From contig DASRPD010000051.1 in assembly GCA_035646535.1 (NCBI GenBank), positions 12,189 to 76,188 of the forward strand: 64,000 nt of DNA, given 5' to 3'. A program made the position numbers and the translations under genes. Position 1 is the first letter of the stretch. Each line of letters opens with the position of its first letter. The notes beneath the pieces were generated by a model. That model was not told the origin of the DNA. It searched no databases and worked only from the letters and a program-made list of their open reading frames with translations. The DNA comes from Acidimicrobiia bacterium. GTDB lineage: Bacteria > Actinomycetota > Acidimicrobiia > IMCC26256 > JANYLB01. Positions 27,012 to 37,139 of the stretch are shown here, in pieces.

Positions 27012-27280
27012 TCAGTTCACCTCGTAGTTCACACCCGCGATGGCCGGGCCTCGTGGCGATATATCGACGGGCCGGTCCGGAACTTGAGCCCGCCGTCTCG
27101 CCGCGGTGATCGGCAGCTCGCTACCCTGCCTCGTCCGTACCGAAACCTAGGCAAGAGAAGAGGAAGATCGCCCGAACGTGATCGAAGTCGAGGCCGTCCA
27201 TCGTCCATCGGCACCATCGCAACTCAGGTGAAGTCCGAGACCGCCGCGTGCCCGGCCAACGGCGCCCGTGAGGCCGGCTC

Positions 27281-30200
27281 GTGACGGTCGAACCGTCCAA
27301 GAACGGCGGCTGGATACGCCGACTGGCGCCGTTCCTCCGCCCGCACCGCACCAAGGTCCTGGTCGCGCTGGGCGCGTCGGTGGCCGGTATGGGCGTCACT
27401 GCGCTGGCGCCCATCATCGAGAAGATCGTGATCGACGACGTCATGGGCTCCGCCGACCGTTCCGTCGGACCGTGGATCGCGCTCCTCGTGATTGCCGGTC
27501 TCTTCGGCTTCGGTGCCGCGTACGTTCGCCGGTTCGTCGGCGGGCGGGTCGCGCTCGACGTGCAGTACGACCTGCGCAACGCCCTCTTCGAACGGCTGCA
27601 GGGCCTCGACCTCGCCCGTCACGACGAGCTCCCGACGGGTCAGCTCGTCTCGCGTGCGAGCAGCGACCTCGGTCTCATCCAGGGGTTGCTCGCCTTCACG
27701 CCGATCATGCTGGGCAACCTCGTCATGGTCGTCGTCGCGTTCGTCGTGATGCTCGTGCTGTCACCCTTGCTGACCGTTGTCGCCGCGCTCGCGCTTCCAG
27801 CCCTGGGGATCGTCGCCGCCCGACTGCGCACCACGCTGTTCCCCGCGACCTGGGACGCGCAGCAACGAGCCGCCGAGGTTGCGGGAGTGGTGGACGAGGC
27901 GGTGAGCGGCGTCCGCGTCGTCAAGGGCTTCGGACAGGAAGCACGCGAGCTCGCCCGCGTCACCGAACGCGCCGAGGTGCTCTACCGGTCACGCGTTCGA
28001 AGCGTGCGTCTCCAGGCCCGCCTCGCCTCGACGCTCCAGGCGATCCCGACACTCGCGCAGGTCGGCGTGCTGGCGCTCGGCGGGTGGATGGCAATTAACG
28101 ACCGCATCACGCTGGGCACGTTCCTCGCATTCTCGGCCTATCTCATCCAGCTCGTCGCCCCGGTACGGATGTTCTCCACCATGCTCGCCGTCGCCCAGCA
28201 GGCGCGTGCCGGCGCAGAGCGGATCCTCGAGCTGCTCGACTCCAACCCCGTCGTGGTCGAGAAGCCCGACGCTCACGATCTCGGCGCGGTGCGTGGCGCG
28301 ATCGAGTTCGACGATGTCATGTACGGATACCAACAGTCCGAACCCGTGCTGATGGGTTTCTCGCTCAGGGTCGCGCCGGGCGAGACCGTCGCGCTGGTGG
28401 GCGCGTCCGGTTCGGGAAAATCAACCGTCAGCCTGCTGCTGCCCCGCTTCTACGACGTCCAGGGTGGCGCGGTGCGAATCGATGGCGTTGACGTGCGCGA
28501 TGCGACGCTCGCCTCTCTCCGCCGCAACGTCGGGCTGGTCTTCGAGGAGAGTTTCCTCTTCTCCGACACGATCCGCGCCAACGTGGCCTACGCACGCCCG
28601 GACGCGACCGATGGCGAAGTCGAGGCCGCGGCGCGCGCCGCCGGCGCGCACTCGTTCATCTCCGAGCTCGCCGACGGTTACGACACGGTTGTCGGCGAAC
28701 GAGGACAGACGCTCTCGGGCGGCCAACGCCAACGCATCGCGATCGCGCGCGCCGTGCTGGCCGACGCCAGGATCCTGGTGCTCGATGACGCCACGTCGGC
28801 CGTGGACGCCGAGACCGAGGAGCAGATCCACGCCAGCATGCGCGATGCCATGCGCGACCGGACAACACTGCTGATCGCGCATCGCCGATCGACGCTGCGC
28901 CTCGCCGACCGCATCGTGGTCGTGGACCACGGTCGCGCGGTCGACGAGGGTTCCCACGACCAGCTCATCGAACGGTCGGCGCTCTACCGGAGCCTGTTCG
29001 CGAGTCCACACGACATCGACCAGCCCGATGAGCTCGACGAGACCGCCGTCCCGCGCGCCATGACCGTCGCTCCCACCAGCCTCGTCGCCGGTGCGAGCCC
29101 CGCGGCGGGTCCGGGTCCAGGCGCGGGTGCGGGGCGAGGCCTCGCCGGGGGCTTCTCGCCCGGCGCGCTCGCGCTCAGCGCAACCCCGGCGCTACTCGCC
29201 CGGCTCCAGAGACTCCCCCCGGCCGACGACGACCACGACGTCGACCTGGCCGCCGAATCGGCCGACGACGAATCGTTCACGCTCGGCCGGTTCCTCCGTC
29301 CCTATCGCCGCCCGTTGGCGTTTGGATTCACCCTGGTCGTCATCGACACGCTGCTCGCGCTCGCGGGACCCTTCCTGGTTCGGCTGGGCCTGAATCGCGG
29401 CGTGGTCGCCGGGTCGGAGACGGCGTTGTGGATCGCGAGCGGCGCGTTCTTCGTCGTCGCGGTGGCGAGCTGGTTGGATACCTGGGCCTACACACGCCAC
29501 ACGGGGCGCACCGCCGAGCGGGTGCTGCTCGCACTGCGCGTACGCATCTTCGCCCACCTGCAACGCCTCTCGGTCGATTTCTATGACCGCGAGATGGCCG
29601 GTCGAGTCATGACGCGGATGACGACCGACGTGGAGGCGCTCTCACAATTGCTCCAGCAGGGCCTCATTCAGGCCCTCGTGAGCATGCTCAGCTTCTTCGG
29701 TGTACTCATCGCACTGACGATCATGAGCTGGCAACTCATGCTCGGCGTGTTCGTGCTCGTACCGCCACTCGTGGGCGCCACGTGGTTCTTCCGCCGTCGT
29801 TCGAACCGGGCGTACACACGGGCACGCGACTCGATCGCGAACGTCAATGCCAGCTTCCAGGAGAACCTCTCGGGGGTGCGCGTCACCCAAGCCAACGTAC
29901 GGGAAGACCACAACCTCCGGGCATTTCGCGCGGTTGCCGGCGAGTACCTCGGTGCCCGTCTCGGCGCGCAACGACTCGTAGCCGTCTACTTCCCATTCGT
30001 GCTGTTCCTCGCCGCGATCGGAAACGCGATCGTGCTCGGAATCGGCACGCCGCTCGTGCGCAACGGAACTCTCGCCACGGGAACGATCATCGCCTTCCTG
30101 CTCTACCTGAACCAGTTCTTCTCACCCATCCAGCAGCTCTCACAGGTGTTCGACCAGTGGCAACAGGCTCGGGCATCGATGACGAAGATCGACGAGCTGA

Positions 30201-31000
30201 TGGCCACTCCGAGCGGCACGCCCCCGGCGGATGCGCCGGTGTTCCCGGATCGGGTGCAGGGCGCACTCCGGTTCGAGGGGGTGCATTTCTCGTATCCCAG
30301 CTCCCAAGTGGAAGCACTCAGGGGCATCGATCTCGAGGTCGCCGCGGGTGAGACCGTCGCGCTCGTCGGCGAGACCGGCGCGGGCAAGTCGACGATCGTG
30401 AAGTTGGTGGCGCGCTTCTACGACGTGACCGCCGGGCGGATCCTCGTCGACGGCGTCCCACTGATGGACCTCGACCTCACCGCGTACCGCCGCCGGCTCG
30501 GGTACGTCGCCCAAGAGCCGTTCCTCTTCTCGGGCACGATTCGCGACAACATCGCCTACGGACGGCCCGACGCGACCGACGCCGAGGTCGATGCCGCGGC
30601 CGGCGCGGTCGGCGCATCCGAGTTCATCGACGAGCTTCCGGGCGGCTACCTCTACCCCGTCACCGAGCGCGGACGATCGGTCTCCGCCGGCCAGCGTCAG
30701 CTGCTCTGCCTGGCGCGTGCTCTGCTCGTCGACCCGGCGATCCTGTTGTTGGACGAGGCCACTGCGAATCTCGATCTCGCGAGCGAGAGGCGCGTCCAGC
30801 GAGCAATGGGACTCGTGTCCGCGGGTCGAACGACACTTGTCATCGCGCATCGCCTCCCGACCGCGCGCGCCGCCGATCGCATCGTGGTCATCGCTGACGG
30901 CGACATCGCCGAATCCGGGACCCACGAGGAGCTCATCGCGCGCGGCGGTCGGTACGCGCGGGCCTGGCAGGCCTTCGCTCCGGAGCAGACTCGGGCGTAG
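27281..31000 (+). CDS. Full-length (TMD-NBD-TMD-NBD) ABC exporter in a single polypeptide
   Basis: ORF 27281..31000 (1239 aa, GTG start). Two type-I exporter halves. Walker A GASGSGKST and GETGAGKST; signatures LSGGQRQRIAIARA and VSAGQRQLLCLARA. The halves are joined by a Gly/Ala/Pro-rich linker (AGPGPGAGAGRG). Confidence 0.9.
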   Translation: MTVEPSKNGGWIRRLAPFLRPHRTKVLVALGASVAGMGVTALAPIIEKIVIDDVMGSADRSVGPWIALLVIAGLFGFGAAYVRRFVGGRVALDVQYDLRNALFERLQGLDLARHDELPTGQLVSRASSDLGLIQGLLAFTPIMLGNLVMVVVAFVVMLVLSPLLTVVAALALPALGIVAARLRTTLFPATWDAQQRAAEVAGVVDEAVSGVRVVKGFGQEARELARVTERAEVLYRSRVRSVRLQARLASTLQAIPTLAQVGVLALGGWMAINDRITLGTFLAFSAYLIQLVAPVRMFSTMLAVAQQARAGAERILELLDSNPVVVEKPDAHDLGAVRGAIEFDDVMYGYQQSEPVLMGFSLRVAPGETVALVGASGSGKSTVSLLLPRFYDVQGGAVRIDGVDVRDATLASLRRNVGLVFEESFLFSDTIRANVAYARPDATDGEVEAAARAAGAHSFISELADGYDTVVGERGQTLSGGQRQRIAIARAVLADARILVLDDATSAVDAETEEQIHASMRDAMRDRTTLLIAHRRSTLRLADRIVVVDHGRAVDEGSHDQLIERSALYRSLFASPHDIDQPDELDETAVPRAMTVAPTSLVAGASPAAGPGPGAGAGRGLAGGFSPGALALSATPALLARLQRLPPADDDHDVDLAAESADDESFTLGRFLRPYRRPLAFGFTLVVIDTLLALAGPFLVRLGLNRGVVAGSETALWIASGAFFVVAVASWLDTWAYTRHTGRTAERVLLALRVRIFAHLQRLSVDFYDREMAGRVMTRMTTDVEALSQLLQQGLIQALVSMLSFFGVLIALTIMSWQLMLGVFVLVPPLVGATWFFRRRSNRAYTRARDSIANVNASFQENLSGVRVTQANVREDHNLRAFRAVAGEYLGARLGAQRLVAVYFPFVLFLAAIGNAIVLGIGTPLVRNGTLATGTIIAFLLYLNQFFSPIQQLSQVFDQWQQARASMTKIDELMATPSGTPPADAPVFPDRVQGALRFEGVHFSYPSSQVEALRGIDLEVAAGETVALVGETGAGKSTIVKLVARFYDVTAGRILVDGVPLMDLDLTAYRRRLGYVAQEPFLFSGTIRDNIAYGRPDATDAEVDAAAGAVGASEFIDELPGGYLYPVTERGRSVSAGQRQLLCLARALLVDPAILLLDEATANLDLASERRVQRAMGLVSAGRTTLVIAHRLPTARAADRIVVIADGDIAESGTHEELIARGGRYARAWQAFAPEQTRA

Positions 31001-31107
31001 AGGGCCGAGCCCGACGGCGGGACGGCATCGATGGACTGCTGTACGTTTTCGCGACCGAAGCGCCACGACCCAGAAGGCACCCGCGTGAAGATGCCGAGAG
31101 GAAGCGC

Positions 31108-31523
31108 ATGATCCCCGATGCCGTTCGGAGCTTCGTCGAAGAACAGCCCGTCGGCGTGCTCGCGACCTACCGCGCCGACGGGTCGGCCCGCCAAGGCGTC
31201 GTGTACCACCTGCTGGAAGGCGACACCGTGCGTGTCACGACCGAGGGCAAGCGGTTCAAGACCGGCGATGTCAGTCGCACGCCGCGCGCGTCGTACTGCG
31301 TGACGGGCCACGAGCGGCCGTTTCCTTGCGTGACGCTCGAGGGCTCCCCTTTCGCATCCTCACCGACGACATCGGCGCGGTCACGACGCGCCTCATGGAG
31401 CGGATCATCGGCAGCCCGATGGAGCAACCCCTCACCGACGACGCGTGCGCGGCGATGGATCGGGTGGTGCTCGAGATCGACGTCGACCGTGTGTACGGTG
31501 CTCGGTACATCGACGGTGCCTGA
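31108..31523 (+). pseudogene. PPOX-class (F420-dependent, pyridoxamine-5'-phosphate-oxidase-like) protein with an apparent -1 nt frameshift near 31345
   Basis: The N-terminal 79 aa are in the frame of ORF 31108 (MIPDAVRSFVEEQPVGVLATYRADGSARQGVVY...PFPCVTLEG). The C-terminal 60 aa are in the frame of ORF 31326..31523 (PFRILTDDIGAVTTRLMERI...VLEIDVDRVYGARYIDGA*). Together they make one ~138-aa PPOX fold. Confidence 0.65.
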
Positions 31524-33006
31524 GAGGCCGCGCCGGCACGCGGCGGTCGCGATCGTCGGCCTGGGTCCTGTCGGCGCGGCGCTCGCCAATCTGCTCGGCG
31601 CGCGCGGTCTCGACGTCGTCGTCTACGAACGCGAGACCGACGTCTACCACCAGCCGCGCGCCGCCCATTTCGACGGCGAGATCATGCGGGTCTTCCAGTC
31701 AATCGGGCTGGCCGAAGCCGTCGAGCCGAACACTGCGACGATCGACGGGATGCACTTCGTCAATGCTGACGGCCAGAAGCTCTTCGGCTTCGACGTGCCG
31801 CCCGGGCCGGGTCCCAACGGCTGGAACCGGGACTACATGTTCTCTCAGCCGGAGCTCGAGACGACGTTGCGCGCCGGGTTGGCGCGCTTCGCGAACGTCT
31901 CGGTGCATCTCGGCCACGAGGTCGACTCCATCCAGGACCATGGCGATCGCGTCGAGCTGATCGTGCGCGATCGAGCGGACGGATCGACCCATCACATCGG
32001 TGCGGCGATCGCCGTCGGCTGCGACGGAGCCCGGTCGCTGACGCGCGAGGTCATCGGAACCGAGCTGTTCGACTATGGCTTCGACCAGCCGTGGCTCGTG
32101 ATCGACACCAACCTGCGCCGCCCGGTCGAGCTCCCGACCGTCGCGGTGCAGTACTGCGACCCCACCCGACCCGCGACGTTCATCCCCCACGGCGGCCGTC
32201 GCCGTCGGTGGGAGATCATGGTGACGCCGCCCGACACGATCGACAGCGCCCAGCAACCGGATCGAGTCTTCGAGCTGCTCGCGCCGTGGGTGACTCCCGA
32301 TGACATCGAGATCGTCCGGGCCACCGTGTACACGTTCCACGCGCTCGTCGCGAAGCGGTGGCGGTCCGGGCGGGTCCTCCTCATGGGTGACGCCGCGCAT
32401 CAGATGCCTCCGTTCCTCGGCCAGGGAATGTGCTCCGGAATCCGCGACGCTGCCAACCTCGCCTGGAAACTCGAGCTCGTGCTCGACTGCCGCGCCGGCG
32501 ACGAGCTGTTGGATACCTACCAAACCGAGCGCGAGCCGCACGTACGCGCCATCACCGAGACCGCGGTCGCGGCCGGCAGCATCATCCAGACGACGGACCC
32601 GGACGTCACCGCCGCACGCGATGCCCAGCTCATCGCGGAACCCGGCGCCATGGGCGACGGGTTCGAGCCACCGGGCCTCGGCGCGGGGGCTCTGTCTGCC
32701 TCGGGTGGCGCGCTGCTGCCCCAGCCCGGCCGGCTGGACGACACGCTGGGGTCGGACTTCGCCGTCCTCCCCGGCGCCACGAAGCCGAGCGCACGCGCCC
32801 GGGCGTTCTGGGGTCGACTCGGCAAGATCCTGGCCCGGCCCGCTGGTCTCGAGTCCTGGCTCGGTGAGCTCGATGCCGACACCGTGGTCGTCCGACCGGA
32901 CCGGTACGTCTTCGGTACGAGTCGTGACAGTGCGGGGCTCGACGACCTGACCGATATCGCAGCGACACGGTTCGCAAACGGCCGGCTGGGAATCGGCGCG
33001 CGGTGA
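31516..33006 (+). CDS. FAD-dependent aromatic-ring hydroxylase (MhpA / 3-(3-hydroxyphenyl)propionate hydroxylase-like)
   Basis: GTG 31516 overlaps the PPOX stop (GTGCCTGA). Blocks: AIVGLGPVGAALANLLG, DGARS, and GRVLLMGDAAHQMPPFLGQGMCSGIRDAANLAWKL. Confidence 0.85.
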   Translation: MPERPRRHAAVAIVGLGPVGAALANLLGARGLDVVVYERETDVYHQPRAAHFDGEIMRVFQSIGLAEAVEPNTATIDGMHFVNADGQKLFGFDVPPGPGPNGWNRDYMFSQPELETTLRAGLARFANVSVHLGHEVDSIQDHGDRVELIVRDRADGSTHHIGAAIAVGCDGARSLTREVIGTELFDYGFDQPWLVIDTNLRRPVELPTVAVQYCDPTRPATFIPHGGRRRRWEIMVTPPDTIDSAQQPDRVFELLAPWVTPDDIEIVRATVYTFHALVAKRWRSGRVLLMGDAAHQMPPFLGQGMCSGIRDAANLAWKLELVLDCRAGDELLDTYQTEREPHVRAITETAVAAGSIIQTTDPDVTAARDAQLIAEPGAMGDGFEPPGLGAGALSASGGALLPQPGRLDDTLGSDFAVLPGATKPSARARAFWGRLGKILARPAGLESWLGELDADTVVVRPDRYVFGTSRDSAGLDDLTDIAATRFANGRLGIGAR

Positions 33007-33014
33007 TGCTCGGA

Positions 33015-34454
33015 CTACTCCGACGAGAAGAAGACGTTCTTGACCTCGGTGTAGTCAGCCAGGGCGTGGAGGCCCAGCTCGCGGCCGAGCCCGCTGCGCT
33101 TGTAGCCACCGAACGGAGTCTCTGCGCGCACGCTCTTGTGTGAGTTGACCGAGAGCGTCCCGGTCCGAATCCCCCGAGCAACGCGCATGGCCCGGCCGAG
33201 ATCGCGCGTCCACAGCGATCCCGCCAAGCCGTAGTCGGAGTCGTTGGCGATACGGATCGCGTCGGCCTCCTCGTCGAAGGGGATCACACACGCCACCGGG
33301 CCGAAGATCTCCTCGCGGGCGACCCGCATGTCGTTGCGCACGCCGGCCAGCACCGCCGGGGTGAGGTACGCGCCGGCCGTACGGGTCGAATCATCGGGCA
33401 CGACCCCACCGGTGACGAGCTCGGCACCCTCGGCACGGCCGACGTCCAGGTACTCGAGCGACCTAGCCCGCTGGACCGGGGCGACGAGCGGTCCCATCTC
33501 GGTGGTCTCGTCGAGCGGCGCACCGACGGTGATCCGATCGACCGCGGCCGCGAAGGCGGCCACGAAGTCGTCGTACACCGACCGCTGCACGAGGATCCGG
33601 CTCCGAGCGCAACAGTCCTGGCCGGCATTGCCGAACACCGACATCGGCGTCTCGGCGACACATCGCTCGAGGTCGGAGTCCGCGAACACGACACAGGCCG
33701 ACTTGCCGCCGAGCTCGAGGGAGACGCGAGTGATGTTGTCCGAGGATGCCCGCAGGATCCCCGCACCGGTTGCGGTCTCTCCGGTGAAGGAGATCTTGTC
33801 GACGCGCGGATCGGCGACGAGCGCGCCGCCGACATCGCTGCCCGGACCGGGCAACACGGACACGCATCCGGGGGGAACGCCCGCGTCGAGCAGTGCCCGC
33901 CCCAACAACAGTGCAGTCAGGGGTGTGTAGGACGCGGGCTTCAGCACGATCGGGTTCCCGCACGCGAGCGCCGGCGCGACCTTCCACGACGCGATGAGCA
34001 GCGGGAAGTTCCACGGCACGATGAGCCCGCACACCCCGACCGGCTCGCGCAACACCACGTCGAGCCCGGGCTCCTGCACGGGGACGACCTCGCCGGTGAG
34101 TTTGTTCGCGGCCCCTGCGTAGTACTCGAACGTCGCTGCGGCCGCCTCGACCTCCCAGCGCGCATCACCGATCGGATGGCCGGCGTTGCGAGCCTCGGTG
34201 GTCGCGAGCTCATCGCCCCGCTCTCGGAGCAGCGAGGCGACACGCCCGAGCACGCGCCCACGCTCGGTGGCGCTGCTGCCCGACCATGTTCCTTCCTCGA
34301 ACGCGCGGGTGGCAACGGTGAGCGCGGCGTCGACATCGGCGGCACCGGCGCGAGCCACCTCGGCCAACTCCGCACCGGTGGCCGGCTCACGCGCGATGAA
34401 CCTGGCACCGGAGGCAGCCGGCCGATGCTCGCCCCCGACGATGAGCTCGGCCAT
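33015..34454 (-). CDS. NAD(P)-dependent aldehyde dehydrogenase
   Basis: ORF 33015..34484; start taken at ATG 34454 (MAELIVGG). Blocks: [22 protein letters not shown], catalytic-Cys block [25 protein letters not shown]. Confidence 0.9.
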   Translation of the reverse strand: MAELIVGGEHRPAASGARFIAREPATGAELAEVARAGAADVDAALTVATRAFEEGTWSGSSATERGRVLGRVASLLRERGDELATTEARNAGHPIGDARWEVEAAAATFEYYAGAANKLTGEVVPVQEPGLDVVLREPVGVCGLIVPWNFPLLIASWKVAPALACGNPIVLKPASYTPLTALLLGRALLDAGVPPGCVSVLPGPGSDVGGALVADPRVDKISFTGETATGAGILRASSDNITRVSLELGGKSACVVFADSDLERCVAETPMSVFGNAGQDCCARSRILVQRSVYDDFVAAFAAAVDRITVGAPLDETTEMGPLVAPVQRARSLEYLDVGRAEGAELVTGGVVPDDSTRTAGAYLTPAVLAGVRNDMRVAREEIFGPVACVIPFDEEADAIRIANDSDYGLAGSLWTRDLGRAMRVARGIRTGTLSVNSHKSVRAETPFGGYKRSGLGRELGLHALADYTEVKNVFFSSE

Positions 34455-34459
34455 GGCGC

Positions 34460-34909
34460 TCATGCGGCCCGCCGGCGCCACCACAGGCCTCCTGCGGCTG
34501 CCGCGGCCAGACCGGTCCCCGCCGCGATCTCATGCGGCACGCGGTGGGGTTCTTCGTTCTGGATCCACCCGTGGAACCGGTGCAGCCACCTGGGGAACGG
34601 GTTGAACCCGAAGAACCGCTCGACGGGCTTGTCGAGATCCAACAAGACGGCGCCCGCGATCCCGGCGACGACGCCTCGGCGAGCCCCGGGGGACGCGAGC
34701 ACCGCTCCGGCCAGCACCGCGATGCCGACAAGCCCATCGCGCCGACAGACCACGAAGAACTCGTCGGCGGTCAGCGCTTCGTCACCGAAGTGAGGCGTGA
34801 CGTCCATGACGACGTGGGAGACCAGACCGGCGCCGAATGCGGGGATGGCCCGCTGCGGCCAGGCCAACCCGATGATCGTCCCGGCGAGTAGGTGGTTGGT
34901 CACGAACAT
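34460..34909 (-). CDS. Membrane-bound metal-dependent hydrolase-like protein (YdjM/DUF457-like)
   Basis: ORF 34460..34909. N-terminus [14 protein letters not shown]...[10 protein letters not shown], with 3-4 TM helices. Confidence 0.55.
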   Translation of the reverse strand: MFVTNHLLAGTIIGLAWPQRAIPAFGAGLVSHVVMDVTPHFGDEALTADEFFVVCRRDGLVGIAVLAGAVLASPGARRGVVAGIAGAVLLDLDKPVERFFGFNPFPRWLHRFHGWIQNEEPHRVPHEIAAGTGLAAAAAGGLWWRRRAA

Positions 34910-35015
34910 GCGGCGCGATCATGCCAGCCCGGACGGGTTCGGTCCGGCCGGCGCCGCCGGTTCTCGACGATCCGGAGCGTCCCGCCGGTTCCGACTCTCC
35001 CGGTAGTGTCGGCCC

Positions 35016-35774
35016 ATGGCTCGATACAAGGTGGGAGTCCAGCTGCATCCCCAGGTCGCGACCGTCGACGAGATCCGCGTCGCGTGGAAGGCAGCCGACG
35101 CGATGGGCGTCGACAGCATCTGGATCTGGGACCACTTCTTCCCCTTGTACGGAGATCCCGATGCGAATCACTACGAGGCCTACACACTGCTCGCGGCGAT
35201 GGCCGCCGAGACCACCAACGCGACGCTCGGGGCGCTCGTCACCTGCAACTCGTACCGCAACCCGAACCTGCTCGCGGACATGGCCCGCACGATCGACCTC
35301 ATCAGCCACGGCCGGTTCGTGCTCGGGATCGGTTCCGGGTGGTTCGAACGCGACTACACCGAGTACGGCTACGAGTTCGGCACCGCGCCGGCCCGACTCC
35401 GCGCGCTCGAGACGTCGCTCACTGTCATCGAGCAGCGAATCGCGAAGCTCGTCCCGGCGCCGGTCGGAGACCTGCCGATCATGGTCGGCGGCAGCGGCGA
35501 AAAGGTCACCCTGCGGCTCGTCGCCGAACACGCCCAGATGTGGAACACATTCGGTCCGCCCGATGTGTTCGCGGCCAAGAACGCGATCCTCGACGACTGG
35601 TGCGCGCGCGTGGGTCGGGATCCGAGCGAGATCGAACGGACCGTCGCGATCCAGCCGAACGAGATCGACACTGCCTCCGAGTACGTCGACGCGGGTGCCC
35701 AGCACCTCATCGTCATGGCCGGTGCACCGTACGATCTCGACCCGGTGCAACGGCTGCTCGCCACCTCGCGGTGA
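35016..35774 (+). CDS. LLM-class F420-dependent oxidoreductase
   Basis: ORF 35016..35774. Blocks: VDSIWIWDHF, CNSYRNPNLLA, GRFVLGIGSGW, MVGGSGEK. TAGTGT lies 6 nt upstream of the ATG with no SD, so the transcript may be leaderless. Confidence 0.8.
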   Translation: MARYKVGVQLHPQVATVDEIRVAWKAADAMGVDSIWIWDHFFPLYGDPDANHYEAYTLLAAMAAETTNATLGALVTCNSYRNPNLLADMARTIDLISHGRFVLGIGSGWFERDYTEYGYEFGTAPARLRALETSLTVIEQRIAKLVPAPVGDLPIMVGGSGEKVTLRLVAEHAQMWNTFGPPDVFAAKNAILDDWCARVGRDPSEIERTVAIQPNEIDTASEYVDAGAQHLIVMAGAPYDLDPVQRLLATSR

Positions 35775-36325
35775 GCGCGGGTCCGTCGGTCCCCGCGCCG
35801 CCGCCGAAGCTCGCAGCGCCGGGGAGCGGCACCGGGTTCCTCGGCAACCTCGCGGTTCCCGCCGAGCTCTGGTGGGCGGCCCGCGCACCCGCACCGCTCG
35901 CCGGGATGTCCTACCCCCATCGGGCTGACTGGCCGGCGCTCGCCGAGGCGGGATTCGGCGATGTCGTGTGTCTGACCGACGATGCGTTGCGCTACGACCC
36001 CGCGCCGCTCACGGGTCACGCGTTCGCCCTCCAGGACCTCTACGTGGCCGGACCCGACGCGCCCGAGCGCGAGCTGGCCGTCGTGGGCGCCGCGGTCGAC
36101 ATCGTCGTCGACCGGCTCACCGCCGGTGCGGGCGTGCTCGTGCACTGCCAAGCCGGGCGGGGTCGCACCGGCACGGTCATCGGTGGCGCGCTCGTGCGCC
36201 TGGGCCACGACCCCGACACCATCCACGACTGGCTGCACCGCGCCCAGCGCATGCGCTCCAAGCGCGGCTGGCCCGAACACCCTTGGCAGGCAACCGTGCT
36301 GGCTGCGATCCCTCGCGCCACCTGA
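35771..36325 (+). CDS. Cys-based protein tyrosine/dual-specificity phosphatase
   Basis: GTG 35771 overlaps the LLM stop (GTGA). It is in frame with ORF 34892..36325. P-loop HCQAGRGRTG (HCx5R). Confidence 0.75.
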   Translation: MSAGPSVPAPPPKLAAPGSGTGFLGNLAVPAELWWAARAPAPLAGMSYPHRADWPALAEAGFGDVVCLTDDALRYDPAPLTGHAFALQDLYVAGPDAPERELAVVGAAVDIVVDRLTAGAGVLVHCQAGRGRTGTVIGGALVRLGHDPDTIHDWLHRAQRMRSKRGWPEHPWQATVLAAIPRAT

Positions 36326-36385
36326 ATCACGCGACCCGTCGGTTCCGGGGCGATAGTCTTGGCGCGCCACCACATTCGTGGTGCC

Positions 36386-36480
36386 GAAACACGGGAGTCC
36401 GGTGCGCCGGGCTGAGAGGGCGGCACGCAGCCACCGACCGTTCGAACCTGACCCGGGTCATGCCGGCGCAGGGAGGACAC
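36386..36480 (+). promoter_or_regulatory. TPP (THI-box) riboswitch
   Basis: Read directly: ...CGGGAGUCCGG-ugcg-CCGGGCUGAGAGG...ACCGUUCGAACCUGACCCGGGUCAUGCCGGCGCAGGGAGGA. This carries the conserved CUGAGA, ACC..U.GAACCUGA and GCCGGCG.AGGGA blocks. The 3' AGGGAGGA doubles as the SD for GTG 36481. Confidence 0.85.
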
Positions 36481-37131
36481 GTGACGACAACCGCATGGGT
36501 GTTCACCGGCGGCGATCCCCCGGATTCCCGTTCGCTCGCGGAACACCGCCCCGACCATCTCGTCGTCGCGGCCGACTCGGGGCTGACGCACGCCCTCGCC
36601 GCGGGCGTCGCCGTCGACGTCGTCGTCGGCGACCTCGACTCGGTCGACGCGGCCGAGCTGGACCGGGCGGTGGCCGCCGAAGCGCGCGTCGAACAGCACC
36701 CGACGGACAAGAACCAGACCGACCTCGAGCTTGCACTCCACGTCGCTCGCAGGGCGGGGGCGCACCGCATCGTCGTACTCGGCGCCGGGGGCGGGCGCCT
36801 CGACCATTTCCTCGCCAACACGATGGTGCTCGCCGCTCCGGCGTTGGGCGACGTCGATATCGAGGCGCATATCGAACGCAGCCGAGTGCACGTCGTGCGA
36901 GCCGGTCGGCCCCGCGCCCTGCGCGGCGCGCCCGGGGACATCCTCACGCTGCTCCCCGTCGGCGGCGCGGCGCGCGGGGTACGGGCCACAGGAGTCCGCT
37001 GGGAGCTGCGGACCGAGGACCTCGCGTCGGGATCGAGTCGCGGGGTCAGCAACGAGATGACCGCCGAGACGGCCTTCGTCGACCTGGACGAGGGCGTGCT
37101 GATCGCCATCCAGCCATCACCCGGGAGCTGA
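36481..37131 (+). CDS. Thiamine pyrophosphokinase
   Basis: GTG 36481, in frame with ORF 35968..37131. Blocks: VVAADSG, VVGDLDS, DKNQTDLELAL, VLGAGGGRLDH, and a thiamin-binding C-terminal domain. Confidence 0.8.
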   Translation: MTTTAWVFTGGDPPDSRSLAEHRPDHLVVAADSGLTHALAAGVAVDVVVGDLDSVDAAELDRAVAAEARVEQHPTDKNQTDLELALHVARRAGAHRIVVLGAGGGRLDHFLANTMVLAAPALGDVDIEAHIERSRVHVVRAGRPRALRGAPGDILTLLPVGGAARGVRATGVRWELRTEDLASGSSRGVSNEMTAETAFVDLDEGVLIAIQPSPGS

Positions 37132-37139
37132 ACAGCCTC

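Noticed and set aside
31108-33006. 632-aa PPOX-hydroxylase fusion protein
   Set aside because: The middle ~55 aa (ASSPTTSARSRRASWSGSS...) are nonsense produced by the frameshift at ~31345. The hydroxylase has its own GTG (31516) overlapping the stop of the restored PPOX frame.
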